A stretch of DNA of 64,000 nt from positions 32,001 through 96,000 of the forward strand of contig CBDCQT010000013.1 in NCBI GenBank assembly GCA_965220745.1. The letters are read 5' to 3'. Positions 50,317-59,378 of the stretch are shown here, piece by piece. This DNA comes from Alphaproteobacteria bacterium. GTDB taxonomy: Bacteria; Pseudomonadota; Alphaproteobacteria; UBA828. Made by a program: the position numbers and the translations under genes. How positions within the stretch are numbered: position 1 is the first letter of the stretch; the number at the start of each line of letters is the position of its first letter. The notes below the pieces were generated by a model, which was not told the origin of the DNA, searched no databases, and was given only the letters and a program-made list of their open reading frames with translations.

Positions 50317-51054
50317 TTACGCCGCCCGCTCGTTGCCCAGAAATCTGGCGGCGAAGCGGGGGTAGACCTCAGCGAGGTTCGCGCCCACGGGTCCGCGGAT
50401 CAGCGCCATGGTCTCCGCGCTCGGGGCAGGGGTGACGGGTGGGTCGTCGGCGACGTCGAAGGTGAAGCCGGTAGCGTCGCGCACGTCGTCGAGGCTGTGG
50501 CCGGGGTGCAGCGAGGCGACGCGGAAGCGCCCGCGCGCCGCATCGAAGCGGAAGACGCAGCGCCCGGTGACCAGCGCGTAGGGCCCGCCCGGCCGGTAGA
50601 CCTCGGGCGGGCTGGTGCCCGGCGCGCTGATGAAATCCACCTTCTCCACCAGCGTGCGGGGCGTGTGCTCGACTCGGAAGAGGATCACGCGCGGCACCAC
50701 GAAGTAGAGGTAGGCGGAGCCGTAGGAGCCGGGGAAGCGCCTGTCTGCCGCTGGGTGCGGGCCGGTGCCAATCAAGTTGATGTTGGCGCTGCCGTCGATC
50801 TGCACCCCGCCCAGGAAGAAGGCGTCGATGCGGCCCTGGCCGGCGCGGTCGAAGAGCTCGCGTCCGCCGTCGGTCATGTCGCTCTGCGCCCCACTGCCGA
50901 GCACGCTCACCTCCGGCCGACCGCCGCCCCGCTCGCGCGCGAGCCACGCGGCCGCAGCGGGAATCGGCGAGGAGGCCCCGACCGCCACCCGCCCGAGCCC
51001 TTCGAGCATCCCGGCGATGACGTCGATGAGGAGCGCGACTTTGCTGGGACTCAT
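50317..51054 (-). CDS. Class I CoA-transferase beta-subunit-like protein (GctB-like)
   Basis: FFLGGVQID..ANIN, RFPGS.G, VDFISAPG, SLHPG. Confidence 0.85.
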   Translation of the reverse strand: MSPSKVALLIDVIAGMLEGLGRVAVGASSPIPAAAAWLARERGGGRPEVSVLGSGAQSDMTDGGRELFDRAGQGRIDAFFLGGVQIDGSANINLIGTGPHPAADRRFPGSYGSAYLYFVVPRVILFRVEHTPRTLVEKVDFISAPGTSPPEVYRPGGPYALVTGRCVFRFDAARGRFRVASLHPGHSLDDVRDATGFTFDVADDPPVTPAPSAETMALIRGPVGANLAEVYPRFAARFLGNERAA

Positions 51055-51893
51055 TCGGCGGCGCGGAGGCTCTTCATGACGTCCGCTTCATTGGCGATCA
51101 GATTCTCCCCGCAATACTCCTCGAAACCCTCCTTGCTCGCCGCGAGCCGGGCGTACTCGGCCAGGTGCTCGCGGTCCGGCTCGTAGCGGCCGGCGAGGCC
51201 GAGGGGCCAGGCGCCTTGCGGGGCTTCGGCGAGCGCAGCGACGTAGAGCGCGGGCAGCGCGCCCGCGGCCAGCGTCTCGTCGGCCAGCAGGTCGCCGGGC
51301 CGTATCTCCTCGACCGTGACCAGGGTTTCCCTGGCGGCATGCGCCATGGTCACGAGCTCGCGGCGCGCGCCAAGCCAGACGTTGCCGTGCTCGTCCGCGA
51401 AGGGCGCGTGGAAGAGCGCGACATCGGGCCGGAGCGCCGGCAGCACGACGATGGGATCGCCCTCAGCTAACGGATTGTCAATCACCTGCCAGTCGGGGCG
51501 CACGCGTAGCAGGTCCGAGCCGATGAGGCCGCGCAGCGGCATGAAGGGCACGCCCTTCTCCGCCGCCTGCAACGCCGCATGAATCGCGGGGCAGGTGGAG
51601 TCGCGGATCGCCACGGCGCCGTTCTCGACCGCTACCGCGAAGCGGGGCGCGTTGCCGAGCTCGCCGAGGCTCACTGCGGCGGTCTCGACCGTGGCGACGC
51701 AGCCGGCGCCGATCAGCAGGTCTGCCGCGATGCCGGCCTGCGGCACGGTGACGAGGTGCAGGTCGCGCACGCCGTGCCGCACCAGCGCCCGCACGGCCAT
51801 CATCGGCACGAAGGAATAGTCCGGCGGCAGCGCCAGCATGGCGCCGTCGGCGATCCGGCCCGCGAGCCGGTCGAGGGAGAGGGTCTCGGTCAT
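51051..51893 (-). CDS. Class I CoA-transferase alpha-subunit-like protein (GctA-like)
   Basis: DLLIGAGCV, GVPFMP.RG..GSDL, PDVALFHA..AD..GN. Confidence 0.88.
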   Translation of the reverse strand: MTETLSLDRLAGRIADGAMLALPPDYSFVPMMAVRALVRHGVRDLHLVTVPQAGIAADLLIGAGCVATVETAAVSLGELGNAPRFAVAVENGAVAIRDSTCPAIHAALQAAEKGVPFMPLRGLIGSDLLRVRPDWQVIDNPLAEGDPIVVLPALRPDVALFHAPFADEHGNVWLGARRELVTMAHAARETLVTVEEIRPGDLLADETLAAGALPALYVAALAEAPQGAWPLGLAGRYEPDREHLAEYARLAASKEGFEEYCGENLIANEADVMKSLRAAE

Positions 51894-51913
51894 CGGCCAC
51901 CGTGCCCCCGCGC

Positions 51914-53695
51914 TCAGAACTCCTCGGCGCCGTGGGCCATGACGGTGCCCTTGCCGGCCATGATTTTGAGGAAGAGCCCGGCGCTGTCCGGCAATACCTT
52001 CTGCACGTAGAAGCGGGCGGTCTTGAGCTTGGTGTCGTAGAAGGCGTCGCCGTTCTGCTTGTCGCGGGCACACTTCGCCATCTGACACCACATGTAGCCG
52101 ACCGCCACCAACCCGAACATCCTGAGGTAATCGGAGGCCGCAGCACCGGCCTCTTCGGGATCGCCCAGGCCGCGCTGGGCGACGACCAGCGTCGCGGTCT
52201 GCAGCTTGCCAAGCGCCTTGCCCACAGGGCCCACGATGTCCGCGAGCTCTGGGTCGTCCTTGTTCTCCTCAATGAAAGCGACGGCGGGGTGGAAGAAGTG
52301 GCGCAGGTAGCGGCCGGCTCGGCGGGGCAGCTTGCGGCCCACCAGATCGAGCGCCTGGATTCCGTTCGCGCCTTCGTAGATCTGGCTGATCCGCGCATCG
52401 CGCACCAGTTGCTCCATGCCGTGCTCGCGGATGTAGCCGTGGCCGCCATGCACCTGCACCGCGAGGTTGGTGGCCTCGAAGCCGTAGTCGGTGAAGAAGG
52501 CCTTGATGATCGGCGTCATCAGCTGCACCAGCTCGTCGGCATCCTCGCGCACCGAGGCGTCCTCGTGGCTGCGCGAGACGTCGAGCTGCAGCGCGGTCCA
52601 GTAGGCGAGCGCGCGGGCGCCCTCGTTGATGGCGCGCTGGTTGAGCAGCATGCGGCGCACGTCGGGGTGGACGATGATGGGATCGGCCGACGCCTCCGGC
52701 TCCTCGGCGCCCTTGAGCCCGCGCCCCTGGCGGCGGTCCTTCGCGTAGGCGGTCGCGCTCTGGTAGGCGGTCTCGCCCAGCCCCAGACCCTGGAGGCCGA
52801 CGCCGAGCCGCGCCCCGTTCATCATCGTGAACATGCAGCGCAGGCCCTTGTGCGGCGAGCCGATGAGGTAGCCCTCTGCCTCGTCGAAGTGCATCACGCA
52901 GGTGGCCGAGCCGTGGATGCCCATCTTCTCCTCGATCGAGCCGCAGGAGACGCCGTTGGCCGGCCCCGCCGTTCCGTCCTCCTTGAGCGTCCGCTTCGGC
53001 ACCAGGAAGAGGCTGATGCCGCGCACGCCGGGCGGGGCGTCGGGCAGCTTTGCCAGCACCAGGTGGACGATGTTTTCGGTCAGGTCGTGTTCACCGGCGG
53101 AGATGAAAATCTTGGTGCCTGAGATCGCGTAACGGCCGTCTCCCTGCGGCACCGCCTTGGTGCGGATCAGGCCCAGGTCCGTGCCGCAGTGGGGCTCGGT
53201 CAGGCACATGGTGCCGCTCCAGGTGCCGTCGCCGAGGCGGGGCAGGTAGGCCTGCTTGAGCGCCTCCGCCGCGTGCAGCTCGATCACCGTCGCAGCCCCG
53301 TTGGTGAGCAGCGGATAGACGCCGAAGGCCAAATTCGTCGAGCAGACCATCTCGTCGAAGACCATGCTGATGAGCTGCGGCAGCCCCTTGCCGCCGTAGT
53401 CCGGCGACAGCGTGACGCCGGTCCAGCCGGCATCGACGAAGGTCTTGTAGGCCTCCTTGTAGCCCTGCGGTGTGCGCACCACGCCGTTCTCGTAGTGGCA
53501 GCCTTCCTCGTCCGCCGGGCGGTTGAGCGGCAGCAGCGTGTTCTCGCAGAGCTTGGCGCCTTCCTCGATCATGGCGTCGATCACGTCGGGCGTCGCGTCC
53601 TCGTAGCCGGGCAGCGTCGCGATCTCGCCCACGTCGAGCAGCTCGTTGAGCACGAAGCGCATGTCGCGCAGCGGCGCGCTATAGGTTTGCACCAT
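51914..53695 (-). CDS. Acyl-CoA dehydrogenase (DmdC-like long type)
   Basis: YSAPLRDMRF, GTMCLTEPHCGTDLG, EEKMGIHGS, HGGHGYI.E, YEGANGIQALDL. Confidence 0.95.
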   Translation of the reverse strand: MVQTYSAPLRDMRFVLNELLDVGEIATLPGYEDATPDVIDAMIEEGAKLCENTLLPLNRPADEEGCHYENGVVRTPQGYKEAYKTFVDAGWTGVTLSPDYGGKGLPQLISMVFDEMVCSTNLAFGVYPLLTNGAATVIELHAAEALKQAYLPRLGDGTWSGTMCLTEPHCGTDLGLIRTKAVPQGDGRYAISGTKIFISAGEHDLTENIVHLVLAKLPDAPPGVRGISLFLVPKRTLKEDGTAGPANGVSCGSIEEKMGIHGSATCVMHFDEAEGYLIGSPHKGLRCMFTMMNGARLGVGLQGLGLGETAYQSATAYAKDRRQGRGLKGAEEPEASADPIIVHPDVRRMLLNQRAINEGARALAYWTALQLDVSRSHEDASVREDADELVQLMTPIIKAFFTDYGFEATNLAVQVHGGHGYIREHGMEQLVRDARISQIYEGANGIQALDLVGRKLPRRAGRYLRHFFHPAVAFIEENKDDPELADIVGPVGKALGKLQTATLVVAQRGLGDPEEAGAAASDYLRMFGLVAVGYMWCQMAKCARDKQNGDAFYDTKLKTARFYVQKVLPDSAGLFLKIMAGKGTVMAHGAEEF

Positions 53696-53725
53696 CGTTT
53701 CTCTCCATTCTCCGAAACACTGCGC

Positions 53726-54994
53726 TCAGTTGCCGAGCGTGAGGTCGACCGACTGGCCCATTACCGTGCGGGCAGCCGGCGTGGTCGCGGCGACCAGCTT
53801 GCCGCGCTTGAAGACGTGGGTGCACGCCGGGTTGATCCGCAGCACGTCCGCCTTGCTGCTGGCGTCGAACACCGCGAGGTCGGCCTGGCAGCCGGGGGCC
53901 ACGCCGTAATCGTCCAGCGCGAGGATCTCGGCGTTCTTCCAGGTCACCATGTCGAAGCAGGCGTCGATTTCCGCCGTGCCCGACATCTGGCAGACGTGCA
54001 GCGCCACCGAGGCCGCCTGCACCATGTCGCCCCGGCCAAGCGGATACCACGGGTCCATGATGGAATCGTGGCCGATGCCGACCGTGATCCCGGCTTCCCA
54101 GAGCTCCTTCACGCGAGTCATCGCGCGGCGCTTGGGGTAGCTGTCCTCCCGCGCCAGCAGGATCAGGTTGTCGAAGGGGTTGGCGATGACGTTGAGCCCG
54201 CCCTTCTCGAGCCAGCCGAACAGGCGGAAGGCGTAGGCGTTGGCGTAGGAGTGCATGGCCGCGCAGTGGCTCGCGGTCACGCGGCCCTGCATGCCCCTGT
54301 AATACGTCTCGTGCGCCATCACTTCGGTGAAGCGCGAGTTGGGGTCGTCGACCTCGTCGCAGTGGGCGTCGATCAGGAGGCCCCGCTTCTCCGCCTCGTC
54401 GAAGATCAGCTTGAGGCTGGCGACGCCCGCCTCGCGCGTCGCCTCGTTGTGCGGGATGCCGCCGATCACGTCCGGCCCCATGTCCAGCGCACGGATGAAC
54501 AGTTCCGGCCCTCCGGGGTGGGAGTGGATGCCGTCCTGGGGGAAAGCCACGATCTGCAGGTCCACCCGGTCGCTCACCTCGTCCTTGACCTCCAGCAGGG
54601 CCCGCATCGAGAGCTGGCCTTCGTCCGAGGTGTCGGCGTGGGTGCGGATGAAGCCCGCGCCCTGGGCGACCTCCCAGTCAATCGCCTGCCTGGCCCGCGC
54701 CTTGACCGATTCGAGGTCGCGGATCTTCTTCTGCTTGGCCCAATTGGCGATGCCCTCGTGCAGCGTGCCGGTGACGTTGGGCTCCAAGTTCGCCGTGAGC
54801 ACCGCGTCAAGATGGACATGCGGGTCGATCAGCGGGCCCGAGACCAGCCTGCTGCCGCAGTCGATCGTCTCGCCGGCCTCCGCCGTGATGTCCGGCTCGA
54901 CCGCCACGATGCGCGCGCCCTCGATGGCGATGTCGGCCGCGCGCACGGGCTGGTCCTCGTGCGCCACGAGAGCGTTCTTCAGAATGATGTCCAT
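53726..54994 (-). CDS. codA: Cytosine deaminase-like amidohydrolase
   Basis: PHVHLD, VAFPQDG, GGIPH, HCDE, GHDSIMDPWYPLG. Confidence 0.88.
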   Translation of the reverse strand: MDIILKNALVAHEDQPVRAADIAIEGARIVAVEPDITAEAGETIDCGSRLVSGPLIDPHVHLDAVLTANLEPNVTGTLHEGIANWAKQKKIRDLESVKARARQAIDWEVAQGAGFIRTHADTSDEGQLSMRALLEVKDEVSDRVDLQIVAFPQDGIHSHPGGPELFIRALDMGPDVIGGIPHNEATREAGVASLKLIFDEAEKRGLLIDAHCDEVDDPNSRFTEVMAHETYYRGMQGRVTASHCAAMHSYANAYAFRLFGWLEKGGLNVIANPFDNLILLAREDSYPKRRAMTRVKELWEAGITVGIGHDSIMDPWYPLGRGDMVQAASVALHVCQMSGTAEIDACFDMVTWKNAEILALDDYGVAPGCQADLAVFDASSKADVLRINPACTHVFKRGKLVAATTPAARTVMGQSVDLTLGN

Positions 54995-55144
54995 ACCCGG
55001 CTGTCCCCCATGTGGGCACGAGGCCCGCGTCTCACAAGCGCCGACATTTTCGCCCAAGGCGCGCGCGACCGCCAGCCGCGCGCGCCGCGGCGTTATCCGC
55101 TACATTGGATCACCATACGCTCCGAGTAGCCGGGAATCGGACAG

Positions 55145-55357
55145 ATGGAACTTGCCAAGATCGGCGCACGCGGTCGGGCGACGATCCCAAAGAGCATTCG
55201 GGACGCAGCAGGCCTGCGCGAGGGCGATGTGATCGCATTCGTGTTCGATGGCGGCCGCCTGGTAGTCCACAAGGTGGTTCCGGGACGGGACGAATTCCTG
55301 CATGGCCTCGGGGGGCTGATGGGCGAATGGCTTTCGTTCGAGGACGAAGAAACCTAG
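55145..55357 (+). CDS. AbrB/MazE family antitoxin, possibly truncated, with no toxin downstream
   Basis: AKI..RG..TIPK.IR.A.GL.EGD.I.F; ends EET*RSL*. Confidence 0.75.
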   Translation: MELAKIGARGRATIPKSIRDAAGLREGDVIAFVFDGGRLVVHKVVPGRDEFLHGLGGLMGEWLSFEDEET

Positions 55358-55701
55358 CGTAGCCTCTGAACCCCATTCCCCGATCATGTGTTCATTCCAG
55401 ATATCTTTATCGCAGTAGACGGTAGCAGCTTTTTCGGTGGTGAACACACTGTCATGGATAGCATCCCACAGTACTGAAGACTTGAAGTCCCAAGGATGGG
55501 AGCGATTATCCGACGCCGACAGTACCTTCAATTTACAGTCCCATACGTGGATTGTATTTTCGACTTCACCTTCCTTACCGTCTGTAATGCGAATCAATCC
55601 GAGTTTCTGCATTGCGAAGGATTGTGGAGTCAGATAGCTCTTGGGAGATTCGAGTACCTCCGCCAGCTTGCGGTAAACCCTCTTCTATACACCGACATGT
55701 G

Positions 55702-56754
55702 TCACGATTTGCCTCTCCTATTTGCCCGTGATTTACTGGTGCGGCGCTTGAGGGGCTGAGTCAAATCAGAGCGAGACAGCCCTAACTCGGCATCGATAAC
55801 GCTGAGGTTCACAGGGAATGGGGTGTAGCACTCAAGTTCCTCCTTGAGTATACGTATGCGGTCAGGAGTAAAGCCGCAGCACCCTCCTATGATTCGTGCT
55901 CCAGCATCTTTGGAAAGTCTGGCGTACTTACGCACGTCGTTGTCAGTACCCGAATAACACACCTTCCCTTTCACCAACTTAGGGACGCCGCAATTCGACT
56001 TGACGACTAAGATTTCGTTCTTATTTACTTCGTGCATCTCCATGATAGAGGCCACGGTATCACCAAATCCTCCTCCACAGTTCGCGCCAAAAGCTGCTAC
56101 ATCTATAGCATTAAGTGTGAAATATACAGCTACATCTTGCGGAGTTAGACCCATCATGGTGAAACCGTTGGTGTCAAAGGACATGGTGCATACAATGGGC
56201 AGGCCAGTGCTGCGAGCCCCTAGAATAGCGGCTTCCACCTCCGCCAAAGATGACATGGTTTCGATCCAGATAATATCAGCGGAACCTTTTTGTAGAGAGA
56301 TTGCTTGATTTTTGAATGCCTCGACCGCATCTTCGTGAGTCAAGGTGCCGATAGAAGCTGCTTCCCCCGAAGTAGACAAGACAATCTCGCCGGTTGGTCC
56401 CATGCACCCTGCTACCAACATCGGCCTATCCGCCTCACTTACCACCTTACGGGCTAGTAAAGCGGCTTCCTTATTCAGCTCGAATACCCGGTCTTCGGAG
56501 CCATGGAGCTTCATCCTGTAGGCATTGCCACCGAAACTGTTGGTCAGTAGGATGTCAGCTCCAGCATATCTCATGGCTTCATGGTTGCCGATCACCAGCC
56601 AGGGCTTATCGAAATTCCATAGCTCAGGAGGATCGCCCGACTCCAAGCCTAGCTCAAAGAGGTTGGTAGCCGTGGCGCCGTCGGCAATCAAATTCTCCTT
56701 CTCATCGAGCAGGAACCGCAATCTCTCATGGTTAGGTATGTTGCGAAACTGCAT
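55702..56754 (-). CDS. bmt: Homocysteine S-methyltransferase domain protein (Bmt/split MetH-like)
   Basis: ADGAT.TNLF..GL.SG..PELWN, TNSFGG, IETMS, GANCG and GGCCG Zn ligands; start chosen from AGGAG spacing. Confidence 0.85.
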   Translation of the reverse strand: MQFRNIPNHERLRFLLDEKENLIADGATATNLFELGLESGDPPELWNFDKPWLVIGNHEAMRYAGADILLTNSFGGNAYRMKLHGSEDRVFELNKEAALLARKVVSEADRPMLVAGCMGPTGEIVLSTSGEAASIGTLTHEDAVEAFKNQAISLQKGSADIIWIETMSSLAEVEAAILGARSTGLPIVCTMSFDTNGFTMMGLTPQDVAVYFTLNAIDVAAFGANCGGGFGDTVASIMEMHEVNKNEILVVKSNCGVPKLVKGKVCYSGTDNDVRKYARLSKDAGARIIGGCCGFTPDRIRILKEELECYTPFPVNLSVIDAELGLSRSDLTQPLKRRTSKSRANRRGKS

Positions 56755-57114
56755 GTCCATCTCCTATCACGAACACATAGCGGAGGCTCGAATGAAACCT
56801 CCACTGTGTTGATGTTCCGTGCGTGAAGGCCAGTCATTCTTCTTAGGCTAGCGTAGCTTTCTCTTGCCCTTATTAGTCTTAGCTTTGACCCTATTGCCTT
56901 GGAAATTGATGGTGGACGTATAGTGCTACATCCGAATGGCTTTGCCCCCCTTCAACCCTAACGTAGCAGGTTCCGTAGTAGACAGCGCCTCCTATACGTA
57001 GCGGTACCGTGGAATCAATTGGAGTAACCTTACACTCATTCCCCACCGAGTCGCGACCAGCGATGCAAGGGACGTGCGCTCTTGGCCCCAGCCTGTGGAG
57101 CGACCGTGATGCCG

Positions 57115-57208
57115 CCCTGTCCCCTCCTCCCGGGAGGAGGGGGAACAAAGGCGGCGCTGGCGCTCTCTCCCTCTCCTCCCCGCCGGGAGGGCCGGGGTGA
57201 GGGTGGGG
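57115..57208. repeat. REP/MITE-like palindromic element, copy 2 (inverted relative to copy 1)
   Basis: Reverse complement reads CCCCACCCTCACCCCGGCCCTC...GAGAGGGAGA...GCGCCGC...TCCCCCTCC...GGAGGGGACAGGG. Confidence 0.72.
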
Positions 57209-57277
57209 CCGAAAGCCGCGTGACGAAGGGGCCTGGACAACCCGGATTCCCCGTCGGAATCGCGGCCTGCGCCACCC

Positions 57278-58075
57278 TCAGCCGCCCGCTTGCGCCAGAG
57301 CCTCTCGCAGTAGCCCGTGCAGGTGGCCGTTGGCGGCCAGCACGTCGCCGCTGGTCATCGAGTCCGCGCCGCCGCCGACCTCGGTCACGATGCCGCCGGC
57401 CTCGCGCACGATGATGATCCCGGCCGCGAGGTCCCAGGGCTCCATGCCGAAGCCCCAGTACCCGTCGAGCCGTCCCGCTGCGACGTAGGCGAGGTCGAGC
57501 GCCGTCGAGCCCGTCCGGCGCACGCCCGCCGTCTCGCCGGCGAGGCGGCGCACCATGTCGGGATGGCCCGGATAACGCGGCCGCGCGCCGAAGGGCAGCC
57601 CGGTCGCGAGCAGCGCGCTGGGCAGCGCGCGCCGGGCCGAGACCCTGAGCCGCTGGTTGTTGATGAAGGCGCCGGCGCCGTTCTCCGCCCAGAACAGCTC
57701 GTCGCGCACCGGATCGTAGATCACGCCGGCGTAAGGTTTGCCGTCGCGCTCCAGCCCGATCGAGATGGCGAAATGAGGCAGCCCGTGCAGGAAGTTGGTG
57801 GTGCCGTCCAGCGGGTCGACGACCCAGCGGTTGGAGCTGTCCTCGCCCTCGATGGCGCCGCCTTCCTCCAGCAGGAAGCCGAAGCGGGGGCGCGCCCGGC
57901 CAAGCTCCGCGACCAGCGTCTTCTCGGCCCGGTGATCGGCCGCCGAGACGAAATCAGCGGGCCCCTTTTGCGAGACCTGCAGGTTCTCGACCTCGCCGAA
58001 GTCGCGGATCAGGTCGCGCGCCGCCTTGTAGGCGGCATTGACCATGACCGTGATCAGCGGCGAGCGGCGGGACAT
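57278..58075 (-). CDS. suhB: Inositol monophosphatase family protein
   Basis: RDFGEVE.LQVS.KG..DFVS.AD, WVVDPLDGTTNF, WDLAAG. Confidence 0.93.
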   Translation of the reverse strand: MSRRSPLITVMVNAAYKAARDLIRDFGEVENLQVSQKGPADFVSAADHRAEKTLVAELGRARPRFGFLLEEGGAIEGEDSSNRWVVDPLDGTTNFLHGLPHFAISIGLERDGKPYAGVIYDPVRDELFWAENGAGAFINNQRLRVSARRALPSALLATGLPFGARPRYPGHPDMVRRLAGETAGVRRTGSTALDLAYVAAGRLDGYWGFGMEPWDLAAGIIIVREAGGIVTEVGGGADSMTSGDVLAANGHLHGLLREALAQAGG

Positions 58076-58138
58076 GGCGTGGCAATCGTCGTGTAAAGGA
58101 GGGAAAGCGGGCGCTGGCGGCGCCCACGGGCCGAACGG

Positions 58139-58705
58139 TCAGCCGCGGGCGCGCTCGACATAGGTCGAATCGGCGGTGCTCACCACCACGCGCTCGCCCT
58201 CGGAGATGTGGGGCGGCACCATCGTCCTGATGCCGTTGTCGAGCAGCGCCGGCTTGTAGGAGGCCGCGGCCGTCTGGCCCTTCACCACCGGCTCGGTCTC
58301 GGTGACTGTCTGCACCACCGTGTCCGGCAGCGTCACCCCGATCGGGTCGCCTTCATAGGATTCGATGGTGACGATCATGCCCTCGTGCATGAAGACCATC
58401 CGCTCGCCGATCAGGTCGCGGGCGAGGCTGGACTGCTCGTAGGTGTCCTGATCCATGAAGTGGAGCAGGTCGCCATCCTCGTAGAGGTACTGGTATTGCT
58501 TCTGGTCGAGGCGCACACGCTCGACGTTCTCGGACGCCCGGAAGCGCTCGTTGAGCTTGGTGCCGTCGCGCAGGTTCTTGAGCTCGACCTGGAGGTAGGC
58601 GCCGCCCTTGCCGGGCTGGGTGTGCTGAATTTTCACCGCGACCCAGAGGCGATCCTGATGCTCGATCACCATGCCGGGGCGGATGGCGTTGCCGTTGATC
58701 TTCAT
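58139..58705 (-). CDS. efp: Elongation factor P
   Basis: PGKGGAY, YQYLY, KGQTA..SYKPA. Confidence 0.97.
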   Translation of the reverse strand: MKINGNAIRPGMVIEHQDRLWVAVKIQHTQPGKGGAYLQVELKNLRDGTKLNERFRASENVERVRLDQKQYQYLYEDGDLLHFMDQDTYEQSSLARDLIGERMVFMHEGMIVTIESYEGDPIGVTLPDTVVQTVTETEPVVKGQTAAASYKPALLDNGIRTMVPPHISEGERVVVSTADSTYVERARG

Positions 58706-58739
58706 GGGTTCTGCTGCTGGAGAGAGGCCGCAGGCTATA

Positions 58740-59378
58740 TCAACTCGTCTCTGCGCTGGCAATGGCGCGGTTGATCGCCTTGACGCCGGCCTCCGGTCCG
58801 TCCGGATGCGACCAGACCCCGCCGATCACGGCGAGGAAGTCGGCGCCGTTCTCCACCAGCGGCCCGCAGTTCTCGGCCGTGATGCCGCCGATGGCGACGC
58901 AAGGCACGACCATGAGGGTGCTCCACCACTTGAGCAGGTGGGTGTCCGCCTTCGCGCGCGGTGTCTTGGTCTCGGTGGGGAAGAAGGCGCCGAAGGCCAC
59001 GTAGTCGGCGCCCGAGGCCGCAGCCTCCATGGCGCGGTGGCGGGAATCGTAGCAGCTCACGCCCACCATCCCGTCCGTGCCCAGCCGCTCGCGCGCTTCC
59101 GTATAGCTCGCGTCGTCGGCGCCGACATGGGCGCCGTCTGCACCGATTGCAGCCGCCAGATCGGGCCGGTCGTTGATGAGCAGCGGCACCTCGCGCGTCC
59201 GGCAAATCGGCAGCAGGCGCTCTCCCGCCCGGCGCACCGCATCGTCGTCGGCCTCCTTCAGCCGGAGTTGGAGGCAGGCGACATCGCCCGCGTCGAGCGC
59301 CGCCTCGAGCGCGGGCGTGAAGGTCTCCAGTTCAAACTCGGGCGGGGTGATCAGGTAGAGCCGGCACGGGTCTCTCAT
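58740..59378 (-). CDS. thiE: Thiamine phosphate synthase
   Basis: [33 protein letters not shown]. Confidence 0.93.
   Translation of the reverse strand: MRDPCRLYLITPPEFELETFTPALEAALDAGDVACLQLRLKEADDDAVRRAGERLLPICRTREVPLLINDRPDLAAAIGADGAHVGADDASYTEARERLGTDGMVGVSCYDSRHRAMEAAASGADYVAFGAFFPTETKTPRAKADTHLLKWWSTLMVVPCVAIGGITAENCGPLVENGADFLAVIGGVWSHPDGPEAGVKAINRAIASAETS

Noticed and set aside
55360-55700. PemK/MazF toxin downstream of the AbrB gene
   Set aside because: No plus-strand frame shows the PF..D...K.RPA.V motif
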